64,000 nucleotides of DNA from a virus (taxonomy: Duplodnaviria > Caudoviricetes): positions 121,365-185,364 of the IMG/VR virus record IMGVR_UViG_2645727757_000001; one strand, 5' to 3'. The number at the start of each line of letters is the position of its first letter. Within the stretch, counting starts at the first letter, position 1. The position numbers and the translations under genes were made by a program. Under the pieces are notes generated by a model that saw only the letters and a list, made by a program, of their open reading frames with translations, did not search any database and was not told the origin of the DNA. Shown here in pieces: positions 29,246-40,335 of the stretch.

Positions 29246-30716
29246 AAATATACAAGAACTATCTGATAGTATAAATGAAAAAAAGAATATATTTTTTATT
29301 GGAACATCAGAGTTTGGAGAAGTTAATGTTCCAACGTATATTCCAGATTTAGCGTATTTGTATGCTACATTTGGAAGAAGAGGAACGTTAATAGAAACAA
29401 TTGAAAATATATTAGATGATGAATTTAAAATAAATAATATTTATGTAGTTAAAACAACAGGTTCTCATTCTAAAGCATTACTTGATGTAAATGTAATAGG
29501 AAGAGAAATAATAGATTCTGGAGTTATTATAAAAGCTAAACATTCATCAGAAAAGTTTGATGATATTAAAGTATCATTAACTGAAAAAGATATATCTTTT
29601 TCTATGAATGAAGAGAACAATATATCTTACAAGTATGAAGATTATATTACTATAAATAATTTAGCAAATAAAATAAATAAAGATACCAACAATGGTGATA
29701 ACTATGTGTATATGGAAACATATGTTGATGATAGTGTCAAACTTGCAGGAGCATTAAGTACAGTAAACAGTAATGAATTTTATCTACATACTGGTAGCTC
29801 TGGACTTAGCACTAGTAAAAATAAATATTATATATCTTTAAAAAATACTTTAGAATTGCTTGAAGGATATGAAATTGATGTGTTAGTTCCATTAGGAGCG
29901 TATCTTGATGATATATGCTATGAGGAAGATGTTGTAAGCCATACTGATAAACTTACAATAAAAATAAATAATAAAAGTACTTCCTTTTATGAGTTGATAA
30001 CAGATTTTATACATCTACAATTTAATTCTGGAATTACTACCATAGGAGTACTTGGTTTTAATCATAAAAGCGATTTAAGTATTGATGAAAAGATTTTAGT
30101 TTTAGAAAAAAATAAAGAAAATGTGCAAGATAGAATAAGCAACTCTTTTATATGTATATCTAGTAACAATCTTTATAATTCTAAATTAAATAGAGTAACA
30201 AACGGACAAGCAGAGCTTGGATGTTTAATACGAAATACCATTCCAACTGAATCAATAACATTCAAAAGTCTACCTAAATTTTACAGTCCTGTAGAATTAT
30301 TTACCAATGATAAATTAATAAAATTAGCTGATAACCACCTAGTAGCTTTTAGATATAGCTATTACAAGAAAAAAACTGTAGTTTCTACCTCAATGACTAC
30401 ATCTTCTTGTAAGGAAAAGGGTTATCACTATATGCAAAATATAATAACTTTACAATTTATAACTAAAATATTGAACCTATTATGCGAAAAATACATAGGC
30501 GAAGATATAAATAAAGTTATAAAAAGTAAGCAATTAGAAAATGAATTTAAAAAAATATTATCTGAACTTAGGGTTGTTCAATATATTCAAGATTATGAAG
30601 TCAGCTTGGAAAGAGTATCAACTGATGAAGTTGAAATTCGTACAAAAGTTCAAAGTATATTCACCTTAGATTTTTTAGAAATATTAAATAAATTAAAGAT
30701 TGAGGATATGGTGTAA
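29229..30716 (+). CDS. Tail sheath-like protein (divergent paralogue)
   Basis: FFIGTSEFGEVNVP, LELLEGYEIDVLVPLGAYLD, CEKYIGE parallel motifs of 31445..33889. Confidence 0.6.
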   Translation: MLEGFENIQELSDSINEKKNIFFIGTSEFGEVNVPTYIPDLAYLYATFGRRGTLIETIENILDDEFKINNIYVVKTTGSHSKALLDVNVIGREIIDSGVIIKAKHSSEKFDDIKVSLTEKDISFSMNEENNISYKYEDYITINNLANKINKDTNNGDNYVYMETYVDDSVKLAGALSTVNSNEFYLHTGSSGLSTSKNKYYISLKNTLELLEGYEIDVLVPLGAYLDDICYEEDVVSHTDKLTIKINNKSTSFYELITDFIHLQFNSGITTIGVLGFNHKSDLSIDEKILVLEKNKENVQDRISNSFICISSNNLYNSKLNRVTNGQAELGCLIRNTIPTESITFKSLPKFYSPVELFTNDKLIKLADNHLVAFRYSYYKKKTVVSTSMTTSSCKEKGYHYMQNIITLQFITKILNLLCEKYIGEDINKVIKSKQLENEFKKILSELRVVQYIQDYEVSLERVSTDEVEIRTKVQSIFTLDFLEILNKLKIEDMV

Positions 30717-31419
30717 AATGGATAGATTTGATGAAGTTATGAATGACTATTTTGGAATAAAAAATGAAGAAAAAGTTTATAAAGAAGAAACTAAAACAGA
30801 AGTTAAAAAAGATTTAAATGAATACAAAGTAGGCAGATATACAAGCGAAGGAAATATAAGTACCATAGATGAACTAGCTGACATTATAAAAATAATTTTA
30901 GATACAGCTTTGGGTGACGGATGGGGAAGCTTTAAGCCGAAGCTTGAAAAAACTGACACTATAGAAACAATGGATGGTCCAATCATAACATATGACATTA
31001 ACCACAGGGAAGTTAGTGAGAATACTAACATCAAACCACAGCTTATGGATACCATAAAAGAAGAGGTTGATGGCGTATTGACAGGTGATGCTATAAATGT
31101 GTACAGGCAATGGTTTGACTGCATTGTTGAATTTGATATATGGGGTAGAAATTCACTTGAAACAAGAATTTTAAGTGAAAAATTTGAGAGATTACTTAAT
31201 GCTTATATTGGAAATATAAAGAAACATGGAATATCTGAAATGTTCTTTATGAATGAAGTTCCAGCAACTATATCAGTAAATTACAGAAAAGATATAGCTA
31301 TGAGGCCAATTATGTATTTTGTAAAGCTTGAAAGAATACAAACAGTAAGGGTAAGCACAATTAACAAAATTGAAACGAAGGTTAATGCCTTTATTAATAA
31401 AAGAAATGCTAGTAAATAG
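30700..31419 (+). CDS. Probable tail terminator / neck protein (likely start near 30718)
   Basis: QWFDCIVEFDIWG; immediately before sheath. Confidence 0.5.
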   Translation: MRIWCKMDRFDEVMNDYFGIKNEEKVYKEETKTEVKKDLNEYKVGRYTSEGNISTIDELADIIKIILDTALGDGWGSFKPKLEKTDTIETMDGPIITYDINHREVSENTNIKPQLMDTIKEEVDGVLTGDAINVYRQWFDCIVEFDIWGRNSLETRILSEKFERLLNAYIGNIKKHGISEMFFMNEVPATISVNYRKDIAMRPIMYFVKLERIQTVRVSTINKIETKVNAFINKRNASK

Positions 31420-31444
31420 CAACATCGGGAGGTAAAGAGATAAT

Positions 31445-33889
31445 ATGGTTGATTTCACTAAAAAATATGAAAATTTACCAGGTATGCTAATCGAGTACAA
31501 AGATGGTGGAATGGCTTTAAAGAAAAATACTTCAACTGTAAAAACTGATAGCATCTTGATATTAGGTACAGCATTAGACGGTCCTGTAATGGAACCTGTA
31601 GCTGTTGACGATGATAGTGCATATGCTCTATTCGGAGAATCAACTGATGCTTTAGGTGCTTCAAATGGTGCGACACTTTTAAAAGCTTATGCACAAGCAA
31701 GAAATATTGGGTGTACTGATATTAGACTAATGAGAGTTACAGGAAAAACTGCAAAAACTCAAATCAAGAGTGCTGCTAAAGAAGTAACTGAACTTGTTAG
31801 AATCGAAGAAGATTTCGCAACTGTATCTGGAAATGATGAAACAGTTATAACATTATCTAATGACAATATAAATGTTGAATCATTAAAGGTATATGTAAAA
31901 GGTGTTCTATTAAAAGGTGGATATGCTTTAAATGGTAAAAAACTTACTATTGAAGCTGGAGTTGCAGATGCTAACGCTGCTGTAACTGTTCAATATGCAC
32001 ATACAAGAAAAGTTCTTGTAAATGATGAAATGCATGAAGTAAGTTCAAACAAAACTATTACTTTAAATGCAACACCTAAAGAGGGTACTATTTTAATTTC
32101 AAATAATGAACAAGAAGTTGCAAGTTCAAAATATACTGTTGAAGGAAAATTAATTACTTTCACAGATGAAACAGTAAATCCTGCTGACATTTTAGCTGTT
32201 GATTATGAGTTACTTGAAGGTGAGGTTGTTCTTGTTACTGAAAACGGAACTCCAGAAGCTCCATTCTTAACTGCAACATCAAAAATCAAAAAACTTTTAA
32301 AAGAACAACCAAAGGAAGGTTCTATAAAACTTTATGTAAATGGTGTTCTATTTGATAACGATAAAGTTATTGAAGTAGGAGATGGAGAAGAAGGAAGCGA
32401 TGCTGAAATCTTACATGGTGGTAGTTTCGATGATGAATCAACTGAAACTATTCACGGAGGAACATTCGATGGCAAAAATAGAGCTATTCTAGTTAGAGTT
32501 AATCCTACAAGAAAGACTGTATTAGTTGACAAGAAGTACTTTAAAAGAGGCGATGAAATTACAGTTGAGTATTTAAATGAAAAAGTATCTAATGTAGAAC
32601 CAGTTATAGAATTTGAATCATATTTCGGTGGAGAAGTATATAACCAAGGATATGTTACTGTAAAGAATATAGTTAGTTCAAGCAGCGATAATGTAATTGG
32701 TAAAAAAGTTGTTATAACTGTTCCAGATACAAAATCTGTAGGTGCTACAGCAACATTAGAATATAGCTCACTTGACTATAAAACTTTTGGAGCTTTAGTA
32801 CAAGCTATCAACCAAGATGCCAATAATGGAGTATATAAAGCAACAACTTTATATGATGATGAATACACTATGGATTTAACATTATCTAGTTCATACTTTG
32901 TAGATGGGGAAGATGGTCTAAATCCTACTCCACAAGAAATGTTTGAAGCATTAACTGGAACAAAGGATAATGAAGGATTACTTCTAGAAAGTGGAGCTTT
33001 CCAACTTTTAGAAGGTTATCAAGTAGATTCTATAGTAGTAACTGGAGTTTATGCTGACCAAATCTTAGTAGGAAAGTTTAATAACTTTGCTTATGAATTA
33101 GCTTTATTATGTGCTGTTTTATCACATAGAAATAAAGCTACAATTGGATTTATAAGTGTATCTCCATGTAAGGACACATCATTAAGAGGCGTACAAGAAT
33201 ATACAGAAAAATTAGTTGCTATGAATAACTTATACTTCCTAAAAGATCAAAGTGGAAATATTATAAAAGATTCTAATGGCGATCCAATGGATTTAGGTAA
33301 ATTCATAAGTGTAGTAGCAGGACCAGAAATAGAACATACTGATTCTAAAATCGGTAGATTCTGGGGTAATCCAGCTGTTGACTACGCAGCTAAGAACTCA
33401 TTACTAGCTCCACAATCAGCTCCAACAAACAAGAAGATTGATGGAGTTAAGAAGTTAAAATTCAATTTCTCTAACTATCAATTAGATAGAATAACAGGAA
33501 ATAGAATAATAACATTCAGAAGTAAATTATCTGGAAATACAAATAATGTTGTAATCGTTGATGGTGTTACATCAGCACATCCAAATTCAGATTATACAAG
33601 AATAACTACTCAAAGAGTTATGAGATATGTTTCAGATGAAATAAGAGAAGCAGGTGAACCATTCCTTGGGGAACCAAATACAATAGAACAAAGAAATGCT
33701 CTAGCAAGTGCGATTTCTAAGAAATTATCTACTTGTAAAGAAGGTGGAGTAATAATTGATTATGCTTTCCAAATACTTTCAGATGCAAAATCTCAATTAT
33801 TAGGTGAAGCAAACATTGAATTATCAATAATTCCACCACAAGAATTAAGAAAAATTACAGCAGTAATGGGACTAAAAGCAAGTCTATAA
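31445..33889 (+). CDS. Contractile tail sheath protein
   Basis: NLPGMLIE, LILGTALDGP, RITTQRVM...EPFLGEPN, IIPPQELRKI. Confidence 0.85.
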   Translation: MVDFTKKYENLPGMLIEYKDGGMALKKNTSTVKTDSILILGTALDGPVMEPVAVDDDSAYALFGESTDALGASNGATLLKAYAQARNIGCTDIRLMRVTGKTAKTQIKSAAKEVTELVRIEEDFATVSGNDETVITLSNDNINVESLKVYVKGVLLKGGYALNGKKLTIEAGVADANAAVTVQYAHTRKVLVNDEMHEVSSNKTITLNATPKEGTILISNNEQEVASSKYTVEGKLITFTDETVNPADILAVDYELLEGEVVLVTENGTPEAPFLTATSKIKKLLKEQPKEGSIKLYVNGVLFDNDKVIEVGDGEEGSDAEILHGGSFDDESTETIHGGTFDGKNRAILVRVNPTRKTVLVDKKYFKRGDEITVEYLNEKVSNVEPVIEFESYFGGEVYNQGYVTVKNIVSSSSDNVIGKKVVITVPDTKSVGATATLEYSSLDYKTFGALVQAINQDANNGVYKATTLYDDEYTMDLTLSSSYFVDGEDGLNPTPQEMFEALTGTKDNEGLLLESGAFQLLEGYQVDSIVVTGVYADQILVGKFNNFAYELALLCAVLSHRNKATIGFISVSPCKDTSLRGVQEYTEKLVAMNNLYFLKDQSGNIIKDSNGDPMDLGKFISVVAGPEIEHTDSKIGRFWGNPAVDYAAKNSLLAPQSAPTNKKIDGVKKLKFNFSNYQLDRITGNRIITFRSKLSGNTNNVVIVDGVTSAHPNSDYTRITTQRVMRYVSDEIREAGEPFLGEPNTIEQRNALASAISKKLSTCKEGGVIIDYAFQILSDAKSQLLGEANIELSIIPPQELRKITAVMGLKASL

Positions 33890-33947
33890 TTTTAAAATAT
33901 TAATTCCTCCCTCTTCTTGGGGGAGGGTAAAGGAGATGTGAAACAGT

Positions 33948-35788
33948 ATGGCAAGTCCAACTATGAGTACATTAACAAGTTTTAGTGGTTCAGACCTTTT
34001 AGTAAGTTTCGCTAATAGAGTAGTAGGAGAACTACAAGCCTTATCTTGGGGTATTGAACGTGAATGTGCACCAATATTCACATTAGGTTCAGCAGATGCA
34101 AGATCATTCAGTAGAGGTTAGCTTTAGCCTCCTTCATACGGTGACGTGTGATGTAAAACTTCGTTAATTGCTGGGAAGTCCTAAAGCTCACAACACTACA
34201 AAGTAAGGATGAAATAAGCCTAAGCTTGAATGTTACGAAAGTAGAAAAAAGGTGTGAGATAGCAATAAGGTTAAATCCTAAGTTGCTTTATAATGGATAA
34301 TCAGCAGGAAAGTCCCGAATAGGGAAATCTTCAACGACTATCCCTTGGTATCTGAAATGGTACAATAGGAGTAGGGCTTAATACTATGTATTAAGTAGGT
34401 GAGAATCCTTTAAATCGAAATGCGAAGGGAGTTTGTTATGGCAACTAAGTTATTTGAAAAGAAATATACATTTAATGAAAAATTCCTATACACAGATAGT
34501 AATGAGCTATGGTACTTCTTAGGATTAGTAGCAGCAGATGGTTATGTTACTGAAGAAAGAATGGAATTAGTATTAAATGAAAAAGATTTACACATACTGG
34601 AGTTTTTTCAGAATATAATACAACCAGATAAACCTATATATCATAGAAAAAGTGTAAATGCTTATAAAATTGCAATAGATGATTATAAATTTGCAAAGCA
34701 TTTAAAGAAAATATTCTCTATGGAATCAAATAAAAAACATGAGGAATTAGTTTTTCCAGATGTTCCTAAAGAATATATAAAAGATTTTATAAGAGGATAT
34801 ATAGATGGTGATGGATGTATAACTAAATGTTCTGGTCAAAGAAATTTTCCGAAGTTAGGATATAAAAAAATATATCGAGGTGTAGAGTTAAAAATTTTAG
34901 GAAACGAAAATTTTCTACTTGAAATGGTAAATAAGCTACAAGAGATATATCCTAACAAAACAAAGAGTATAAGAAAAAAAGGAAAAGAAAATGTGTATGT
35001 TGTAAATTATAATTTCAAAGTTGCAGAGGGTATATTAAATGAATTATATAAAGATAGTAAAGTTCATTTAAAGAGGAAATATGAGAGATTTATATACCTT
35101 AAAAATAACAAAGTCTGTGATGTAGTCTATTCCCCTTAAAAATATCGGGAAACCGAGGGTGTAAAAGAAAAGAGCTATTGCTGGAAATATGCAATTCGCT
35201 ATGTTTGACCAAGATGCTGTAGTAAATGCACTACAAATGGTATGGGATAAAATAGCACCACCTGCAATGTATACAGCTGCCGGAAATCTAGCACTTAGAA
35301 AATCAGAAGATTTTTCAACAGTATTAGATTTATTAAACTGGAATAAGAAATCATCTGAAACAACTAATATAAGTGAAAATTCAGAAGCGTATGGTTTCTC
35401 TGGAACTAGTGCAATTAAACCTGGTTTAGTTGAAGGTTCAAATGGAGCACCAATAATTAATAATAATGAAATTACTGGATGGAATAAAGGTGATTCAGTT
35501 CACGTACCAGCAGGATTCTCACCAATTAGAGGGGAAAACATTCTTTATGCTGATACTCTTCCAGCATTTGATGTTACTATGACATATGCCAATGAATTTG
35601 GACAATGTGCGTTCCAAAAAATATATGATGTAACTATCCTTAATGAAAGCTCTGGTGTATCAGTTGATACCATAGTGACAGAAAAGAAATATACTTATGT
35701 TGCTAGAAGATTATCACCATTAATAAAAGGAATATACTCTAGAGAAGAAGGCGGCTTAATGAAGGGAATGTCACCTACAGGAGTTTAA
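33948..35788 (+). CDS. Tail tube protein, spliced (exon 1 33948..34118, exon 2 35168..35788; 263 aa)
   Basis: Exon 1 MASPTMSTLTSFSGSDL...APIFTLGSADARSFSRG joins in frame to KRAIAGNMQFAMFD; similar to the tube-like paralogue at 41923 (RGTRVVAGTMIF; DELPIFD vs DTLPAFD). Confidence 0.8.
34119..35167 (+). mobile_element. Group I self-splicing intron
   Basis: 5' exon ends in U with P1 GAGGU/GCCUC (U-G wobble); core elements AATTGCTGGGAA, AATCAGCAG, TCAACGACTA, GTAGTCT; ends in G at 35167; removal restores the frame. Confidence 0.9.
34420..35139 (+). CDS. Intron-encoded LAGLIDADG homing endonuclease (likely start 34438)
   Basis: Intact motifs YFLGLVAADG and FIRGYIDGDG. Confidence 0.9.
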   Translation: MRREFVMATKLFEKKYTFNEKFLYTDSNELWYFLGLVAADGYVTEERMELVLNEKDLHILEFFQNIIQPDKPIYHRKSVNAYKIAIDDYKFAKHLKKIFSMESNKKHEELVFPDVPKEYIKDFIRGYIDGDGCITKCSGQRNFPKLGYKKIYRGVELKILGNENFLLEMVNKLQEIYPNKTKSIRKKGKENVYVVNYNFKVAEGILNELYKDSKVHLKRKYERFIYLKNNKVCDVVYSP

Positions 35789-35794
35789 AAACAA

Positions 35795-35828
35795 AATCCA
35801 AGTATAGTTATTATACTTGGATTTTATT
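35795..35828 (+). terminator. Intrinsic terminator
   Basis: aatccaagtatag-tta-ttatacttggatt plus T run. Confidence 0.65.
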
Positions 35829-35891
35829 TTGAAAAATAAGGTAATATAAATAAAAAATTTATTAAATGTTTTTGTTAGGAGTGTAGTTTAC

Positions 35892-37043
35892 GTGGCAAAA
35901 AATTTTTTAGAAGAATTAAGCAATAGTTATGTAATACCAACTCAAATAGGTATTCAAAGTAAAAACAAACCATTAGATATGAGGGATAATTGTGATACTG
36001 TTGAAGATTTTGATACTGTAGCACAAAAAGGTATGGATATTAAATATCATGGTCTTATTACTACTGAAAAACAAACAGGACTAACTAAGGTATGTAAACT
36101 AGTAGAAGATGCTTATGTTTGGGAAGTGCTTGGAGCAAAAGGAGAAAAAGGTGATACTGGTGAACAAGGACCAATAGGACCTAAAGGGGAACAAGGAATA
36201 CAAGGCTTAAAAGGAGAAACTGGTGAAGTTGGACCACAAGGACCAGCAGGAGAGCAAGGTTTACAAGGACCTAAAGGAGATACTGGTGAACAAGGACCTA
36301 AAGGTGAAACAGGCGAACAAGGTCCACAAGGTTTAAAAGGTGAACCAGGTACAAACGGAAAAGAAGTAGTTATTCAGAAAGGTTTAACTCACATACAATG
36401 GAAATATGCAGATGAAGAAGAGTGGAAAGATGTCGTTGCTTTAACTGAATTAACTGGAGCACAAGGGCCTAAGGGTGAAAAAGGAGATGTAGGAATACAA
36501 GGACCTAAAGGAGATCAAGGTCTTAAAGGTGAAACTGGGGAAATTGGACCACAAGGGCCTAAAGGAGAGATTGGACCACAAGGACCTAAAGGTGATAAGG
36601 GTGATCCAGTTCAAGTTGATGATAACCTAACATCATCATCTAGTGTAAATGCTTTAAGCTCTAATCAAGGTAAAATTTTAAAAGAAAAAATTGATGCTGT
36701 AGAAAAAATGCTTGGTGGAAAATCATTAAAATATACTACACAAGCAGAATACGATTTATTACCAGAAGAACAAAAAACAGATGTAAATACTGTATGGAAT
36801 ATAACTGATAAACCAGAACCAATACTTAAAGGTGAAGGAGCACCAGTTAGTACGCCTAACTTTATTGGTCAAGTATATATGGATTTAACTGATAAAAAGC
36901 AATATTTAGCTTTTGGAACTAGTAACGCAGAAGATTGGATAATCCAAGGAGTACAAGCTGGACCTGCATTATGGACTGGTACTCAACAAGAATATGATGC
37001 TATAGAAGCCAAAGATGAAAATACATTGTATTTTATAAAATAA
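35892..37043 (+). CDS. Collagen-like fibre protein
   Basis: Long Gly-X-Y tracts, HIQWKY module, DNLTS...[21 protein letters not shown]. Confidence 0.8.
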   Translation: MAKNFLEELSNSYVIPTQIGIQSKNKPLDMRDNCDTVEDFDTVAQKGMDIKYHGLITTEKQTGLTKVCKLVEDAYVWEVLGAKGEKGDTGEQGPIGPKGEQGIQGLKGETGEVGPQGPAGEQGLQGPKGDTGEQGPKGETGEQGPQGLKGEPGTNGKEVVIQKGLTHIQWKYADEEEWKDVVALTELTGAQGPKGEKGDVGIQGPKGDQGLKGETGEIGPQGPKGEIGPQGPKGDKGDPVQVDDNLTSSSSVNALSSNQGKILKEKIDAVEKMLGGKSLKYTTQAEYDLLPEEQKTDVNTVWNITDKPEPILKGEGAPVSTPNFIGQVYMDLTDKKQYLAFGTSNAEDWIIQGVQAGPALWTGTQQEYDAIEAKDENTLYFIK

Positions 37044-37049
37044 AAACAC

Positions 37050-37083
37050 AAGTTAGCCTATTATGAAAAAATAGGCTAACTTA
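37050..37083 (+). terminator. Intrinsic terminator
   Basis: aagttagcctatt...aataggctaactt. Confidence 0.6.
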
Positions 37084-37107
37084 TATATATTAATTTGGAG
37101 TGAATTT

Positions 37108-39282
37108 ATGATTGAAAGAGTTTATAATGGAGAATCTTATATAGATGCCATATCACAAGGAACAGATACTATTAAATATAATATTAAAAAAGAATTAGGA
37201 GATCATTTAAAACTTCTTACTCATTCTGGATTATACAACTTAGATTATAATTTAAATATGATTGATTGTGAATTTAATAAAGGCTTAGAGTATGAAGTTG
37301 AAGAGGTTTGTTATTCTACTGATAATTATGTATATGTATTAAGCGGAGAACGTACTGTAAGAAAACTTTCTAAAGACTTAGAAGAAATTGCAGTATATAG
37401 GTCAGATAAACAAGTAAATAGAATAACAATTGATGATAAAAACAATGTGTATGTATATGGAGGAAACTACTTAATTAAGTTAAATAATAATTTAGAACTT
37501 ATAAAATCAACGTATTATGAAAGAATTAATAATCTTATATATGCTGGTAATAATAAGTTATTCTTAACTGTAAGTAGTGGTATGTGCTATATAATAGATG
37601 CAGATACATTACAATATTCAAAAAGTTATTCTTTTTTTGAAATAGTAAGAAATGCGTATATAGATAGTGAAGGAAACTACTATGTAAATAGTGATGATAA
37701 AGTAGCTAAATTGGATAAAGATTTTACTCTTATAAAAAAAGTAACAGTAGAATCAACTTCTCTATATATTAAAGACGCTAACACATTTTATGCTATAAAA
37801 ACTGGTGGTAATTTTAAAATATCTAAGTTAAATGAAAATCTAGAAGTAGTAGCTTCATATGATTCTCCAATTAGAGGTGATTTATATAAAGTAAAGGACG
37901 GATATTTTATGTTCTGCGATATGGGTGGAATTACAAAATTAAATGAGAATTTAGAACTTATTAATAAATTAGAAAGATATGTGTCGCAATGTGATATAGA
38001 TGAAAACCTAAATGTATATATTTATGGAAGTGGCGTTATTTGTAAATATAATGATAATCTTGAAAAAGTTAAAGAGATAGCTATTAATGATTATCCCGAC
38101 ATATTATACTGTCTTAATAATAAATTATATGTACCGTCATCAGATGGAGTTAAGATTTATAATGAAAACTTAGAGTTGGTAAAAGAAATAGATTATATAT
38201 TATCTGTTAGAAATATATTCAGCAATTTAGGTGAAGTATATACAGTTACTTCCAATTATAACCTATATAAAATAAATGAAGGTCTTGATGACATAAAATC
38301 ATTAGTCAAACTAGGAGAAAGATATATAGGATTATTATATGATGGAAGAGTATACACTCTAAACTACGATAACAAAATAAGAAGATTTAATAATAATGCC
38401 GAAGAAGTTAGCTCATTAGATTTAAAGCCAAGAAGAATTGATTATTTTGTTATTACTGATAATATATATGTTCAAACAGATTATACAAAAATCAGTAAAG
38501 TTGATAAAGGATTATCTAAAATTAATATTTATACAGCTAAAAGCGATATAGACAAGCTACATTGTATGAAAGGTACTAATAATATTCTTATACAAGATTA
38601 TGATAGTGCTCTTACTGTAATAAATTCAAAACTTGAAAAAGTAGCAGAATATAAATACACAGGAACAGCATCCCCAGAATACTATGTAAATGATTATATT
38701 TATTGTGTTGATGAACATTCGATTACTAAATTAGATAATTCGCTTAATATTATAGCAACATATACTCTTGAAAATATAGATGATTCTATAAATAGAAACC
38801 AAGTTCTTTTTTTAGATGATGGTTCTGTATTTGTAATATTCAACGATACTCAAGTAATCAATTTAAATAGTGAGTTAAAAGAAGTAAAAAGATATGTGAG
38901 TACTGAAAACGTGTATGAATTATATGATCTTAAAAATGGAAATATTGCCATAAGCTGTAGTAAGATTATTAAGAAATTAAGTAGCAATTTAGAAGAAATT
39001 GCATCTATGGAAAATTCAAGTGTTAATTCTATACTTACATTAAATGAATATCATTATATAATAACTGTCAGTGGAATAACTAAAGTAGATAGCAATTTAG
39101 AAACAATAAAGGAAATAAGTTGTGATAGTATTAATCAAGTATTTAGATTCGCTGATGGTATATATGTTAAAAGCAATTATTCTTTAATTAAATATGATGA
39201 AAATTTAGAAAAAGTAAATGCAGTAAACGGTATTTATTTTAAAGATTTAATTAATGTTCTTTCAGCTCATGTTAAGAAATAA
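37108..39282 (+). CDS. Repeat protein, probable multi-bladed beta-propeller (receptor-binding candidate)
   Basis: About 37-aa repeats with recurring KL(N/D)xNLE and D-N-VYV motifs. Confidence 0.6.
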   Translation: MIERVYNGESYIDAISQGTDTIKYNIKKELGDHLKLLTHSGLYNLDYNLNMIDCEFNKGLEYEVEEVCYSTDNYVYVLSGERTVRKLSKDLEEIAVYRSDKQVNRITIDDKNNVYVYGGNYLIKLNNNLELIKSTYYERINNLIYAGNNKLFLTVSSGMCYIIDADTLQYSKSYSFFEIVRNAYIDSEGNYYVNSDDKVAKLDKDFTLIKKVTVESTSLYIKDANTFYAIKTGGNFKISKLNENLEVVASYDSPIRGDLYKVKDGYFMFCDMGGITKLNENLELINKLERYVSQCDIDENLNVYIYGSGVICKYNDNLEKVKEIAINDYPDILYCLNNKLYVPSSDGVKIYNENLELVKEIDYILSVRNIFSNLGEVYTVTSNYNLYKINEGLDDIKSLVKLGERYIGLLYDGRVYTLNYDNKIRRFNNNAEEVSSLDLKPRRIDYFVITDNIYVQTDYTKISKVDKGLSKINIYTAKSDIDKLHCMKGTNNILIQDYDSALTVINSKLEKVAEYKYTGTASPEYYVNDYIYCVDEHSITKLDNSLNIIATYTLENIDDSINRNQVLFLDDGSVFVIFNDTQVINLNSELKEVKRYVSTENVYELYDLKNGNIAISCSKIIKKLSSNLEEIASMENSSVNSILTLNEYHYIITVSGITKVDSNLETIKEISCDSINQVFRFADGIYVKSNYSLIKYDENLEKVNAVNGIYFKDLINVLSAHVKK

Positions 39283-39342
39283 ATATTAATAACTAATAAT
39301 ATAATCTAAAAAATAGATTCATTAAAATTTTAAGGTGATATT

Positions 39343-40278
39343 ATGGCTATAAAATTCCAAAAAATTATTATGAAAAATGGTAATAAAGAAAAATTACCAG
39401 AACTAGATATTGCAGAAGTTGGTATCTGTAACGATACAGAAGAATTTTTCTTTGGTTCTTCAAGCGGAAATGTGGAACTAGCCAAAAAAGATTTTGTCAA
39501 ACAAATTGAAGAAACTTTAAATGGAAAAATAGAAACTTCTGTTAAAGGAGAAAAAGGAGATAAAGGTGATCCAGGAGAAGCAGGACCACAAGGACCACAA
39601 GGTATTAATGGAACAGATGGTAAACAAATAGAACTTCAAAAAAGTGCAACACATTTACAATGGAGATATGCAGGTATAGGAGAATGGGCTGACCTTATAG
39701 CTTTAAGTGAATTAAAGGGAGAACAAGGTGTTAAAGGTGAAAAAGGAGAAACAGGATTACAAGGATCAAAGGGGGATAAAGGTGAAACTGGAGAACAAGG
39801 AGCTAAAGGCGAAAAAGGTGATCCAGGTATTGCACCAGAAGAAATTACAGCTATTTTAAATAGAATAACTGAATTAGAGAAAAAGGTTGCTGAATTGGGT
39901 GGAGGAAGTTCGCCAGAAGAATCATCTAGTAAACCTAATTTCTTAGGAATAATAGACTATAAAAATATAAATACAATAACTTATGAAGATTTAAATGTTA
40001 GTACAGTAAAAAAAGGACAAGTAGCTAAACCAGAAACAGTATATACACATACTGGAGGAACTATGCTAAATAAATCATCTATAATAGCTTTTCCTAAAGA
40101 ATACGGATCAATAACTGGAGTAGTTGATGGAGCTGGTATTTCAATAGCAGCAACATATGAATGGGCTGATGTTACATTGAATATACCAGAAATTGGAGAA
40201 GTTCAGTATGTAATAGGCGGAACTAAAGAGGAACTAGCTTACACTGATTCAGTAGCAGTTAAATGGCAAATCTCATAA
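39343..40278 (+). CDS. Collagen-like fibre protein 2
   Basis: [22 protein letters not shown]-terminal module, Gly-X-Y tracts, HLQWRY module. Confidence 0.75.
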   Translation: MAIKFQKIIMKNGNKEKLPELDIAEVGICNDTEEFFFGSSSGNVELAKKDFVKQIEETLNGKIETSVKGEKGDKGDPGEAGPQGPQGINGTDGKQIELQKSATHLQWRYAGIGEWADLIALSELKGEQGVKGEKGETGLQGSKGDKGETGEQGAKGEKGDPGIAPEEITAILNRITELEKKVAELGGGSSPEESSSKPNFLGIIDYKNINTITYEDLNVSTVKKGQVAKPETVYTHTGGTMLNKSSIIAFPKEYGSITGVVDGAGISIAATYEWADVTLNIPEIGEVQYVIGGTKEELAYTDSVAVKWQIS

Positions 40279-40292
40279 ATAACATTATTTTA

Positions 40293-40332
40293 ATATGGTA
40301 CTGTAAATATAAACATACAGTACCATATTTTT
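40293..40332 (+). terminator. Intrinsic terminator
   Basis: atatggtactgta...tacagtaccatat plus T run. Confidence 0.65.
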
Positions 40333-40335
40333 ATA

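Noticed and set aside
35189-35788. Stand-alone 199-aa gene
   Set aside because: It is part of exon 2 of the intron-split tail tube gene
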